Assembly (NCBI GenBank): GCA_040386535.1
Contig: JAZKFH010000006.1
Location: 44,427 to 108,426, forward strand
Length of the DNA: 64,000 nucleotides
Direction of reading: 5' to 3'
From: Myxococcota bacterium
GTDB lineage: Bacteria; Myxococcota_A; UBA796; SXON01
Part shown: one piece after another, positions 17,967 to 28,235 of the stretch
Numbering within the stretch: position 1 is the stretch's first letter
Layout: every line of letters starts with the position of its first letter
Program-made: the position numbers and the translations under genes
Notes under the pieces: model-generated
Database searches by the model: none
What the model was told of the DNA's origin: nothing
Seen by the model: the letters and a program-made list of their open reading frames with translations, nothing else

Positions 17967-18045
17967 TCGCCTCCACCACGACTCGCTGGGCGTCGTCTCT
18001 GGGAACGTCGCCTCCACCACGACTCGCTGGGCGTCGTCGTTGGGG
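17967..18045. repeat. direct repeat, 2 x 41 bp
   Basis: TCGCCTCCACCACGACTCGCTGGGCGTCGTC at 17967 and 18008. Confidence 0.8.
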
Positions 18046-18149
18046 ACGGTCGCCGCGACCGCCGCCGTGAACATGCGCGGCCCCCGCAGACCTCGTGCCA
18101 ATGTCGTGCAAACCGCCCCCCACGCCGCGGCGCCGCCTACATTGCCTCC

Positions 18150-18524
18150 ATGCGCTCGCTCACCTTCCTCGCCTGGGGCCTCTCGATCACCGCCGGTGCG
18201 TTGTGGATCCGCTTCGCGCGGCCGCAGCAGCACCTCCCGTTCCTGGGCACGTTGATCGCGTCCGAGCCGGTGCACGTAGTTGCGCACGCGACGTTGTACG
18301 GTGCGCTGGCGTGGCTGTGTAGTCGGCGCCTCCCCCTGCGTTGGGTGGTGCCGACGGTGCTCGGCCTCGGCCTCGTGCAGGAGCTCGCCCAGGTGCTCGG
18401 CGTGCGCCCCCTCGCCGGGCCCGAGGTGTTCGACCTCGCGGTGGATGGGGTGGCGGCGGTCATCGTGGTGGCGATCGTGCGGTGGCGCCGACGCGGCGTT
18501 GCGGGGGCGGCCGCCGCCCGGTGA
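18150..18524 (+). CDS. VanZ-like membrane protein
   Basis: Four hydrophobic segments with HVVAH..LYG, QELAQ...R and DLAVD motifs. Confidence 0.7.
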   Translation: MRSLTFLAWGLSITAGALWIRFARPQQHLPFLGTLIASEPVHVVAHATLYGALAWLCSRRLPLRWVVPTVLGLGLVQELAQVLGVRPLAGPEVFDLAVDGVAAVIVVAIVRWRRRGVAGAAAAR

Positions 18525-18921
18525 TCAGGCCGCGCGCTCCACCGCGGCCCTGCCAGAGAACCGAGGGACGCGCGCCGCGGTTCATGGCCGTCGCCCGCCA
18601 GGGAACCGTGAAGGCCCAGGTTTTTTGTCGGTGCGACCCACACGCCATTTCCGATCGCTCGCGGCACGGCGCTCGTTCGGGCCTCGCCAAGGTCATGTCC
18701 TGGTGAATGCTGAGCGACCCGCGCCGGGACACGAGGGCAGAGGGGGTCCCAAGCGCGCGCGCGAGCGTGGTGAACGGTTGCATCTCCGATCGCCCGGCTG
18801 TGATGGTCGCGACCCATTCGATGCATGGGCTGATTGTTCGACCCCTTTCAGGCTCGGCATTGAAACCATCCCCGCCGGTCCGGTACCCTCGTCAACGTCG
18901 CAACCACCCGGAGCGAGAGCC

Positions 18922-19362
18922 TTGCCACTGCTTCGCCATCCCAGCCCCGACCCGTTCTTCGCCGACGTGCCGTTCCACCCCGTCACGTTCGTCATCGACG
19001 CGGGCGGGAACGGCGTGTACGGCGTGCGCCTGGAGTTCACGGGCGGCGAACTCCTCTGGGCCGACATCCAACAAGCGGGGCGGTTTGGGTGCCGCGCGGA
19101 CATCTGCGGGCCGATCTTCGGGGGCGCGTTTCGGCTCGACCGGCCGCTCCTGTTCACCGTCGAGCTGGTCCCACAGCAGGCCCAGATCCTCGCGGCCCTC
19201 GCCGAGGGTCCGCACAAGGCCCACGAGGTGCTCGAACAGGCGCCCGCGGGCTCGGCGCTCCGCCGGTCGGAGTCCTGGCGCCTGCTGAGCGTGATGCAAC
19301 AGCACACGCCGAGGGTCCAGTGGGGGCTGACAACCACGTGGCTGCACGAGTCGGGCCGATGA
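18922..19362 (+). CDS. hypothetical protein (start uncertain)
   Basis: Coding-like 3' part of ORF 18280-19362; its stop overlaps the next ATG. Confidence 0.45.
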   Translation: MPLLRHPSPDPFFADVPFHPVTFVIDAGGNGVYGVRLEFTGGELLWADIQQAGRFGCRADICGPIFGGAFRLDRPLLFTVELVPQQAQILAALAEGPHKAHEVLEQAPAGSALRRSESWRLLSVMQQHTPRVQWGLTTTWLHESGR

Positions 19363-21275
19363 GCCGCGCGCTGCTCGTCGCGCTGCTGCTCGTGGGCGGG
19401 TGTCCCAAACCGGCGCCCATCTCGGTGCCCGAGGCGCCCGCGGCGCCGCCCCGGATCCTGGTGCAGCGGGCGGCGCTTCCCAACAACGGCGAAGGCAGCA
19501 CCCGCCCAGACCTCATCGTGGGGGCGAACGCCCTGGTCCTCACCCAGGAGTACACGGCGCAGCTCTGGGCCCGCGGCGGGGAGCGGCCGGTGATGGTCGC
19601 CGAACACGTGTCCGAGCGGATCATCAACGCGGCGGCGCTGGCGCCGTCGGGGGCCTCCGCGGCCATCGTCACGGCAACGGGCGCGGTGCGCTTCCACGCC
19701 GACGGGCGGGAAGAGGTGTTCCCGATCGACCTGTCGGCCAACAGGGTCCGTCCGGTCTTCGTCGGAGACCGCCTGTTCGTCGCGACGATGAATGTCCTTC
19801 ACGATCCGGCGGCGGGACGGGAGGTCGCGTTGCCGGTAGCCGCCATGGGCCCCGCGCGGCCTACCCCGACCGAGGAGGGCTTGGGGGAGGTGGCACCGCG
19901 CGAGTTCGCGCAGGTGTCGAGCTGCGGCGACCACCTCGCGCTCGGCTACAGCGACGGCTCGGTCGACCTCTGGCAGGGCCTGGAGCGCACCAAGAGCCTG
20001 GTCTCCGCCGGCCAGGCAGGGCTTGCGCGGTCGCTCCAGGAGCTCTCCTGGTCGGCCGACTGTCGGACCGTGCAAGTGCTGGTGCGCCTCCCGACGCCCG
20101 CCCTGCTCACCTGGGAGGTAGACGGTGCGCCGGACCAACCCAAGGAGACAGCGCTGCCCGACGAGGTGGCCCGGCAGCTCGGCGTACAGTACTTCCCGAG
20201 GGACACCGTTCAGCTGGCAGAGGACGGCCGCCTACGGCTCAAGAACACCGTGTGGCCGCGCCTCGGCGACGGGTGGGGGCTACCCAGCAGGCTCCTGCCG
20301 GAGGGAGAGAACATCCTCGATCCCGTGGGCAGCCATGCGACCGTCACCCGCGACGGATCGCTGCATGTCGACCGCGGCGTCGTACTTGGGAGGCCGGTTT
20401 GGATGGGGGTGGCGGTCAACGGGGCGGACGCCGCGTTCTACACCACCGACGCCGTCCAACTGTTGTGGCCTGGAGGGGGGCAGCGGGTCGAGGTGAAAGA
20501 TTTGCGTGCCATCGCGCTCGCGGCCGGCAAGCTCTACACGTCCGACCTGACACCCTCGCTTCGGGTTTGGGACGTCCGGACAGGCCTGTTGGAGTCGACA
20601 TTCCCGTTGGAGCAAATGGCGGGAGCGCTCGCGGTGTCACCTACGACCGGCATCGCGGCGATCGCTGGTCACAGCTCGGGTTTCTGGATGCTCGAAGGGC
20701 CCGCGATAGAACAGATCGACCTCGGCTACAGCAGGATCTCTGCGGCTCGTTGGTCTCCGGATGGCTCCCTCCTGGGTATCGCCAGCGACGCGGACAAGGT
20801 GTGGGTCATCGACATGAACGCGCGCGTCGTCCTCGATGTTGGCACGCTCCAGACAAGCATTGGCGAGCTGGTATGGAGCCCCGAGGGACTGATCGCTACG
20901 GGCGTGGACGGCCCGGCGCTCCTTTACCCCAACGGCGCCAAGGACGGCGTCTGGACCGAACTGGAATGGACCGGCTACCGGGCGGACATCAGCCCGGGCG
21001 GCGAACTCGCGACCATCCACGCTGGCTCCGTCTGGTTGAACGGAGCTCCATCGCTCCAGGGGGTGCGCGCGAGTCAGATCCGTTGGACAGGCGACGGGCG
21101 GCTGTGCTGGATCGGGGAGACCGCTGGGTGCATCGACCCCCACTCGGGCGTTGGCGTGCGCGTAGTCGGAGACACCGCAGGCACTCGCGTGGATCAGAGC
21201 GGCCGCGTTGACGGAGATGCGGACCTCGTGCGCGTGCATCCCCTGCCACGCACCGCGTACCCAACTACCCCCTGA
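19359..21275 (+). CDS. WD40-repeat lipoprotein
   Basis: LLVGGC lipobox; GYSDGSVDLW, LRVWDV and WSPDG repeats. Confidence 0.75.
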   Translation: MSRALLVALLLVGGCPKPAPISVPEAPAAPPRILVQRAALPNNGEGSTRPDLIVGANALVLTQEYTAQLWARGGERPVMVAEHVSERIINAAALAPSGASAAIVTATGAVRFHADGREEVFPIDLSANRVRPVFVGDRLFVATMNVLHDPAAGREVALPVAAMGPARPTPTEEGLGEVAPREFAQVSSCGDHLALGYSDGSVDLWQGLERTKSLVSAGQAGLARSLQELSWSADCRTVQVLVRLPTPALLTWEVDGAPDQPKETALPDEVARQLGVQYFPRDTVQLAEDGRLRLKNTVWPRLGDGWGLPSRLLPEGENILDPVGSHATVTRDGSLHVDRGVVLGRPVWMGVAVNGADAAFYTTDAVQLLWPGGGQRVEVKDLRAIALAAGKLYTSDLTPSLRVWDVRTGLLESTFPLEQMAGALAVSPTTGIAAIAGHSSGFWMLEGPAIEQIDLGYSRISAARWSPDGSLLGIASDADKVWVIDMNARVVLDVGTLQTSIGELVWSPEGLIATGVDGPALLYPNGAKDGVWTELEWTGYRADISPGGELATIHAGSVWLNGAPSLQGVRASQIRWTGDGRLCWIGETAGCIDPHSGVGVRVVGDTAGTRVDQSGRVDGDADLVRVHPLPRTAYPTTP

Positions 21276-21293
21276 CCGCACGGAGCCGAACCC

Positions 21294-22651
21294 ATGGGTT
21301 CAATGTCCTTTCAAAGTGTCGACTCGGGCGTACAGGCCGCCAACCAGACCAGCCGGGACACTGGGAGTGAAGCAGGCGTCCAAGGCCAGGGGAGGTCTCG
21401 CTCAGCGAGCGCGGCGCTCGACAAGTTAGCGGGTGGGACGAACGGAACGGCGCCGCCTCTCGACGTCGGCTCCGTGGACAGTGGCACCCGGTTTGCGAAG
21501 GTAGCGAGCGCCGCGCTCGACGCGCTCGTGCCGGGTCCCGGGTCGTTCGCCAACCTGACCATCGTCGGTCACTTTCCCATCTACTCGGTGGGAGCGATGA
21601 CAGTCTTCTTCGAGCCCTCGCTCCTGCTTCAGGCCGCCCGCACCGCCAAGGGCAAGTTGGAGGCCACCATCGAGCTCGTCCTCGGTCTGAAGGCCGAAGC
21701 CGGAGCGTCGGGTGACACGTGGTGGTCGACCCTCCTCGCCTATCTGAAGGCTTACGTGAAAGGCTCCATCAAGATCGTGGCAGACAACGCCGCTGAGGTC
21801 TTCAACCATTCATGCTCACGTTACGGATGGCCGTAGATCGAGCCTGCGAGGCGATGGAGGCCGAGGACGAGCTGAGGACGGCGATCGTCGACAGCGTAAT
21901 GACGCCGGAGAAACAGAAGCAGACCGCGAAGGGGATGGATACGGAGGACGGCGTGACGCTTGCGGTCGGCGTGGGGGTTGAAGCGGGTGCTAAGACGCCG
22001 GTCGGGAATGCGAAGGGCTCCGCGGACCTCGAGTATGCCACCACCATCAGCAACACCGTTCGCGACGACGACGTGGAGGTCAGCACCCGAACCTCCCTCA
22101 CCTTCAAAGGCGAGCTCGAACTCAAGAAGCTCGAAATGAAGACCACCCCCGGTCTCACCTTCGTGTTCGAGGGGGGCCAGCTCTCCCAATGGTACTTCAG
22201 CCTCTCCGGCGCCAAGGAGCTCACCCTGACGAAGCTGAACCAGCTCGTGCTGGTCGGCGCCGACTGGGGCCAGGATCTCGTCAACGGGATGGCGAACATG
22301 ATCGCCATGGCAGGCAAGCAGGAGCAGAGCGTCGCCCAGGCAACGAGCCTCCTCTCGTCCATCGCGGTCGGCCCCGAGGCGCTGAAGTACACGGTGTTCG
22401 GCACCAGCCTGCGGGAGGCCGCCACCCATCCGAGCTTCGCGGGACAGTCGGCGATGGCGGTCGAGCTCTGTTTGGGCGGGCAGGTGGGCTGGAGCGCCGC
22501 GAAGGGCCTCGAGATCAAGGCCAGCGTGGGGACCGGCACCAGCTGGTCACTCGGCACCGAGGGCGTGACCCCCCTCTTCATCGCCGCCAAGAGCGGCGAC
22601 ACCATCGTGTCGTTCAGCTACGACAGCGTCGACGGCCTCGCGCCCACCTGA
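21294..22651 (+). pseudogene. hypothetical protein split by a single-base frameshift near 21808-21812
   Basis: ORFs 21294-21836 and 21812-22651 join as ...EVFNHFMLTLR... if one T is added to AACCATTCATG. Confidence 0.55.
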
Positions 22652-22672
22652 CCCTCGCGGCGCCCCCCCGGC

Positions 22673-25429
22673 TCAACGCGCCCGGTTCGCCCCGTCCGGA
22701 TCCAGCGCCACCCAGCGGCGCTCGGTCTCGCCGCGCCAGTCGTACACCTCGACGGGGACGCCGATCCGGCTCGCCTGCTCGTCCAGCGCGGCCCGCTCGG
22801 CGGGCGTGGTGTAGGGCCCCGACACCACGAACACCTCGTGTCCGACACACGGGGCGAGCGCGCGCGCGACGCTCGTGCCGGTGACGGCCGCGAGGCGCGC
22901 CGGTTGCGCGGAGGCCGACTCCGGCCACCCCGCCCGCCACGCCGCAGTGAGCCAGTTGAGCGCCTGGACGCCGGTGAACCGCACGAGGAGCTCGGTCCTG
23001 GTGCGCGCGGCCAGGTGGCGGCGGACGTCGGGGTCGTCGGCGGCCAGCGTGGCGAGCCCGTCGAGGAGCGCGCGTGCCGCGAGGAGCGCGTCGCCTACGC
23101 GGTCGTGCGCGAACATGCCCCGGAGGCGGAGGCCCGCCGCGCCCCCTTCCCAGGTGGTGACGACGGCGTCCGCATCGTGCGACCACCCGCTCCGACGCCA
23201 GGCGCCCGCCACCCGCTCGGACACCAGCAGGTCCACCACGTCCAGCGTCTCCGGGGTGCTGGTGCCGTCCACCTGGCAGGTCGCGCGCACCGTGGAGAAG
23301 GCCTTGCCGGCGTCGCCGAGGAGCAGGACTTGTCGGGCCGGGGGCGGGGGTGGCGGGGCCAGCGTCGGGAGCGGCGTGGGGGCACGACCGCGGCCCTTCC
23401 AGCCGCCCAGGCGGCGGGCGACGAGGGCCTCGACCGCGGCGGGGTCTACGTTTCCGACGACGTGGAGCGTCGCGTTCGCGGGGTGGCGCACGCGGTCCCG
23501 CCACGCGGCGACCTGGGCGTCCGTCGTGGCGCGCGCGACCAGCAGGCGATCATCGTCGAGCGCGCGGAGGGACACCGGGTGCCCGGGGAACAGCCGGTCG
23601 GACGAGAGAGCGGCCGCCCACCATTGCGCGGACTGCCGCGCCTCGTGGAGCCGACGCGCCTGGTTCTCCACGAAGTCGCCGCGGTCCTGCCAGGCGAGCT
23701 CCACGCCGTCCAGCCGCAGGCGCAGGAAGAAGAGGACGGCGTCGAGGTTGCCCGCGAAGGCCTCGTACGTGAGCCCGGCATGAAGATCCATCGCGTACGG
23801 CTCCTGGCGCGCGCCCATCGAGCCTAGCGCCTCCGTCACGCCGAACCCGATGTTCCGCGGCGCGAAGATCTCCATCTCCGCGAGCAGCGCGGAGATGCCC
23901 GGCGTGGTCTCGTGGAGCGCGCCGCCGCGGAAGTCCATCCGCACGTGGACGCGCGGGAGCTGACCGAACGGCCAGACGACGACGCGCAGACCCGTGGGCA
24001 GCACGAAGGAGCGGACGGCCGCGAGGTCGGGGCGCGCGAGGTCGGCGCCCGCGAGGTCGGGGGGCGCGGTTACGACGGGCGCGGCGACGACGGGCGCGGC
24101 GGCAAGCGCGGCCGCGGGACGGACCAGCCCAGGCCGCGTGGCGGGAACCAGCACGACGCCCGCGGACCGCTCGGGGGTGAGCCAATTCTCGGCGAACGCC
24201 GTGACCCGGCGTGGATCCACCTTGCCGAGGGCGTCGAGCAACGCGCCGGCGTGGGTGGGCGCGCCGGCGAGGTGGGCGGCCAGGGCGGCGCCGGCACCGT
24301 CTTCTTCGAAGGGGTGCCCGGAGAGCTCGGCCTCCCAGAGCACCCGCCGCAGGAGCGACACCGACGCGGCCGCGAGGACCCGCGGCTCCGCCAGGGCGCG
24401 GGCCTGCGCGACCCCGCTCTCCGCCGGCACCCAGTTGGCCGGCACCCAGTTCGCAGGCGGCTCCTCGCCGAGCGGCTCGACGCACCACAGCATCGACGCG
24501 AGGCGTCCCCGGATGCGCCCGCACGTCCGCGGCCGCCTCCCGTCGATCCGCAACGCCTCCACCGCGAGCTCGCCCAGCACGTCGTCCTCCCCCCAGCCGG
24601 CCGGGAGCGACCACGCGTACACCTTCGTGGGCGAGGCCACCGCCGCCACGATCCGGGGCACCTCGCGCGGCGTCGCCGTCGACGGCCGCGCAGGTGGCGG
24701 CGCGAGCCGGTGCGGGAGACGGCTGGCGCACGCCACCGGCGGGGCGCCCTCCGGGACGCTCGTCACGGCCGCGGGCAGGACGCGGGCGGCGAGCGCGTGG
24801 GCCGTGGCGTCGTCCACGTCGCCGGTCACGTGGAGGGTGGCGTTCGCGGGGTGGTACCAACGCGCCGCCGCGGCGCGGAGGTCCTCGGCGGTGAGCTCGG
24901 CGATGGCGTCGCGCGAGGGGAAGGCGCGGTGGTAGGGGTGCTCCTTCGGGAAGAGCGCGGTGTACAGCGGGCCGACCACCGCGGGCGCGGTGCCGAGCCG
25001 GGCCCACAACGCGTCCTCCAGCCCCACCCGCGCGGCCTCCAGGGACGTGGGCGTGAGCCCGGCCAGCGGATCGACGAGGCGCTGGCCCTGCAACGCGAGC
25101 ACGCGCTCGAGGTCGGCGGCCGGCGCGAGCGTCACGAACGTCGTCACGTCCGGATGCGCGCCGCCCCCTTGGAGGGCGCCCAGCCCCTCGCCGGCCAGGG
25201 TCGCCACGTCGTGGAGGAGCTCGGCCACGCCCTCCTTCCGCGGCGGATCGGACGCGCGCCCCCCGTCGACCACGAGGGTCACGGTCACCGTCGCCTGCCG
25301 CCGGTCCTCGGCGACCACCATGCGCAGCCCGCTCGCGAAACAGTGGTCCGTGGCCTCGAAGCGGTACCGCTGGATGTCGGGCGCGAAGGACGGGCGGGCG
25401 ACGGCGAGCGGGAGCAGGGCGAGGAGCAT
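22673..25429 (-). CDS. secreted M16 (insulinase) family protein lacking the HxxEH zinc motif
   Basis: SGLRMVV, GGRASDPPRKEGVAELL and YHPANATLHVTGD, duplicated in the second half. Confidence 0.8.
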   Translation of the reverse strand: MLLALLPLAVARPSFAPDIQRYRFEATDHCFASGLRMVVAEDRRQATVTVTLVVDGGRASDPPRKEGVAELLHDVATLAGEGLGALQGGGAHPDVTTFVTLAPAADLERVLALQGQRLVDPLAGLTPTSLEAARVGLEDALWARLGTAPAVVGPLYTALFPKEHPYHRAFPSRDAIAELTAEDLRAAAARWYHPANATLHVTGDVDDATAHALAARVLPAAVTSVPEGAPPVACASRLPHRLAPPPARPSTATPREVPRIVAAVASPTKVYAWSLPAGWGEDDVLGELAVEALRIDGRRPRTCGRIRGRLASMLWCVEPLGEEPPANWVPANWVPAESGVAQARALAEPRVLAAASVSLLRRVLWEAELSGHPFEEDGAGAALAAHLAGAPTHAGALLDALGKVDPRRVTAFAENWLTPERSAGVVLVPATRPGLVRPAAALAAAPVVAAPVVTAPPDLAGADLARPDLAAVRSFVLPTGLRVVVWPFGQLPRVHVRMDFRGGALHETTPGISALLAEMEIFAPRNIGFGVTEALGSMGARQEPYAMDLHAGLTYEAFAGNLDAVLFFLRLRLDGVELAWQDRGDFVENQARRLHEARQSAQWWAAALSSDRLFPGHPVSLRALDDDRLLVARATTDAQVAAWRDRVRHPANATLHVVGNVDPAAVEALVARRLGGWKGRGRAPTPLPTLAPPPPPPARQVLLLGDAGKAFSTVRATCQVDGTSTPETLDVVDLLVSERVAGAWRRSGWSHDADAVVTTWEGGAAGLRLRGMFAHDRVGDALLAARALLDGLATLAADDPDVRRHLAARTRTELLVRFTGVQALNWLTAAWRAGWPESASAQPARLAAVTGTSVARALAPCVGHEVFVVSGPYTTPAERAALDEQASRIGVPVEVYDWRGETERRWVALDPDGANRAR

Positions 25430-25566
25430 TCGGACGGGCACCGGGGTCGAGGGGCGGGGGGCGAGGCGGGCGCGCGCCGTGCGCTCGCGACGTCCTATGG
25501 CGCCGGTTCCGCCCCGGCCCTCGCGATGCCGGCCCCCGGTCGGAGTCCCCGGTTAGAGTCGCAGTC

Positions 25567-26367
25567 GTGCCGCGTCCCCGCACCCACCCCGCGCTCCTCG
25601 GGAGCCTCCCAGCACTCCTCGGGAGCCTCTCGCTCGCGGCGTGTGGCCCCTCACTTCCGACGCCGCCGCCGCCCACGGTCGTCGACCCGGGCCAGGCGTG
25701 GAACGTCCGCCTCGGGCAGGTGGTGTCGCCGCAGGGGCTGGTGGACTACGCCTCGCTCCGCGCCGATCCGAAGGCGCTCCGGGACTTCGTGGGCTGGGCG
25801 GCCCGCCACGGCCCCGAGGCCGACAAGTGGCGCCTCACCGACGACAACCGTCGTCTCGCATACTCGCTCAACGTGCTCAACGCCCTCACGTTGTGGGCGG
25901 TGGTGGAGGGCGCCGAGCGCCCCACGGACCGCCGCCCCTTCGCCACGCTCCGGTTCGCCATCGACGACGAGGTGGTGCGCGCCGACCGCTACCTGTCCGA
26001 CCGCGTCCTGGCCATCTTCGAGGAGCCGCTCGCCGTCGCCGCGCTCGGCTGCGCGGCACGCGCCTGCCCGCCGGTCCCCGCGCGCCTGTTCACCAAGGCG
26101 GACCTCGACGTGGACCTGGCGGCGCAGATGGGCCGCTGGATCGCGAGCGGGCGGCTGGTACGCGCGGAAGGCGACACCCTGGTGTTCTCCCCGGCGCTCC
26201 GCCCCTGGATTGAGGCGTTCGAGCGGCACGACGGGGCGGCCACCCCCTGCGACATCGTCGCCCCCTACGTTCCCAAGGCGTCCAAGGCGGCGCTGGGGCC
26301 GCTGCTGGAGGGCGCCAGGTGCCGGTACACGTGGGGCGCGTGGGACGGGGCGCTGGACGGCACGTAG
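25567..26367 (+). CDS. DUF547-like lipoprotein
   Basis: LAAC lipobox; GLVDYASL, LAYSLNVLNA and LGCAARACPP motifs. Confidence 0.75.
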   Translation: MPRPRTHPALLGSLPALLGSLSLAACGPSLPTPPPPTVVDPGQAWNVRLGQVVSPQGLVDYASLRADPKALRDFVGWAARHGPEADKWRLTDDNRRLAYSLNVLNALTLWAVVEGAERPTDRRPFATLRFAIDDEVVRADRYLSDRVLAIFEEPLAVAALGCAARACPPVPARLFTKADLDVDLAAQMGRWIASGRLVRAEGDTLVFSPALRPWIEAFERHDGAATPCDIVAPYVPKASKAALGPLLEGARCRYTWGAWDGALDGT

Positions 26368-26390
26368 CCGCGCTCCAGCTCCCCCCGTCG

Positions 26391-28049
26391 TCAGGCCGTG
26401 ATGCCCCGCACGCGCGGGAGGATGACGCAGAACAACGCGCCGCCGCCCGGGTTGTCCCGCACCTCGATGCGGCCGCCGTGGTCCTGCACGATGCGCGCGC
26501 TCACGGAGAGCCCGAGGCCGGTTCCCTGGCTGGCCGGCTTCGTGGTGAAGAACGGCTCGAAGATGCGACTGCGGATCACCTCGGGCACCCCGGGGCCGCG
26601 GTCGCGCACCTCGACCGCCACGCGGTCCGCATCGAGCGCCACGACCTCGACCGTCACGGGATCTCCGCCGGTCTGCAACGCGTTGGCGAGCAGGTTCACG
26701 AAGACCTGCTCGAGGCGGTTGCTGTCTCCCAGCACCACGAGGCCGCTCGGGCACGAGGCCTCGACGCCGCGGGCGAGCGCGCCCACGGTGAGCTCGCGCG
26801 CCATGGTGACGACCGCGCCCACGTCCACCGGGGACATCGTGGGGCCGCCGCTCCGCGCGAAGTTGCGCAGGTTGTCGACCATGCTGGTCATGCGCTCGAC
26901 CGCCCGCGTCATCACGTCGAGCGCGCGGTTCTGGGCGGGCGGCGCCAGGGCGCCCTCGCGCAGCAGCTCGACGTAGCCGCCGAGCACGTTGAGCGGCTGG
27001 TTGAGCTCGTGCACGAGGCCGGCGGCGAGCTCGCCGATGCTGGAGAGCTTGGCGGCCTGGATGAGCTGCTCCTGCGTGCGGTCGAGCTCCTCGCGCCCGA
27101 GCGCCGCGCGCAGCTCCATCGCGTGCGCCTGCCGCGCCATCTGGTCCATCACGCGCTCGCGCACGTGCGCGGTGGCGAGCATGCGGGCCACGTCGGTCGC
27201 CAGCGCGACCTCGTCCACCAGGAACACCTCGCGCTCGTCCCCGTACAGCTCGACGAAACCGAACACCGCCTCAGAGGCCTCGAGCGGGGCGTAGAGCGCG
27301 CAGCGGACGCCGTTCGCCGCGTGCGGGCGCAGCGCCGGGTACAGATCGACGGAAGGGCCCACCACCACCTGCACCGCTGCGCGGCGCGCCCGGGAGAGGC
27401 CGGCGGGCGAGGCCGCCACGAGCACCCGCGGCTCGGTGTTCGCCGGCTCGCCATCGCGACGGCAGACGTACACGCGCAGCGTGTCGTCCTCCAGCAACGT
27501 CACGCGCGCCTCGCGGATCGGCATCACCCGCTCCAGGCGCTCCAGCACGAAGATCGCGAGCTCCGAGAGGCCCACCCCGCGGCCGACCGCCATCGCCACC
27601 GCCTGGCGCACGTCCCCGAAACGGGCGGCCTGCCGCAGCTGCCGCACCTCGCGGTCCGCGGCGCGCAGGCGCACCACGAGGCCCGCCATCTCCGCCGGCA
27701 CCGGGCCCCCGCCGGCTTCGAAGTACATGCCCTCCATCCCGCTCCCCTCGCCGTGGATCGGCACCGCCGTGGCGCGCCCGGCGAGCCCCACGTCCCCCTC
27801 CCAGAACCCGTCCGACTGGCAGGCCTCGCGCATCCGCCGCCGCACGTCGGCCGACGGGACGATCGCCTCGAGGGTCTGCGCCGTACAACCGGCGCGCAGG
27901 CCCGCGAGGTTGACGAAGTGCACGAATTCGTCGGGGAACGAGACGACCACGCCAGGAACCGGCGTGCGTTCGAGCACGTCCTGCCAGCGGCGTACGAACG
28001 CCGCTACGCCCGGTGCCGTCCGTTGCGTGTCCTCCCCCAAACCGCGCAT
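26391..28049 (-). CDS. cytoplasmic sensor histidine kinase with GAF domain
   Basis: HELNQPL H-box, QVFVNLLANA, DRGPG, FEPFFTTK and GTGLGL. Confidence 0.92.
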   Translation of the reverse strand: MRGLGEDTQRTAPGVAAFVRRWQDVLERTPVPGVVVSFPDEFVHFVNLAGLRAGCTAQTLEAIVPSADVRRRMREACQSDGFWEGDVGLAGRATAVPIHGEGSGMEGMYFEAGGGPVPAEMAGLVVRLRAADREVRQLRQAARFGDVRQAVAMAVGRGVGLSELAIFVLERLERVMPIREARVTLLEDDTLRVYVCRRDGEPANTEPRVLVAASPAGLSRARRAAVQVVVGPSVDLYPALRPHAANGVRCALYAPLEASEAVFGFVELYGDEREVFLVDEVALATDVARMLATAHVRERVMDQMARQAHAMELRAALGREELDRTQEQLIQAAKLSSIGELAAGLVHELNQPLNVLGGYVELLREGALAPPAQNRALDVMTRAVERMTSMVDNLRNFARSGGPTMSPVDVGAVVTMARELTVGALARGVEASCPSGLVVLGDSNRLEQVFVNLLANALQTGGDPVTVEVVALDADRVAVEVRDRGPGVPEVIRSRIFEPFFTTKPASQGTGLGLSVSARIVQDHGGRIEVRDNPGGGALFCVILPRVRGITA

Positions 28050-28235
28050 GACCCGAAGCGTACGGGGCAAGCAGGTGGGGGTCAACAACGGCCGCGTTGA
28101 TCGGGACGCGGGTCCGGGGTAGAGGAGCGCCCCCGCGCGGTGCCTCGAACGCGGTGGGGCACGGCGGTCCCTCTCGCGAGGGATCCTTCCCGCGGGCGGT
28201 CGGGCAACTGTCTTCGTCGGGGCCCCGGAGGTCGA

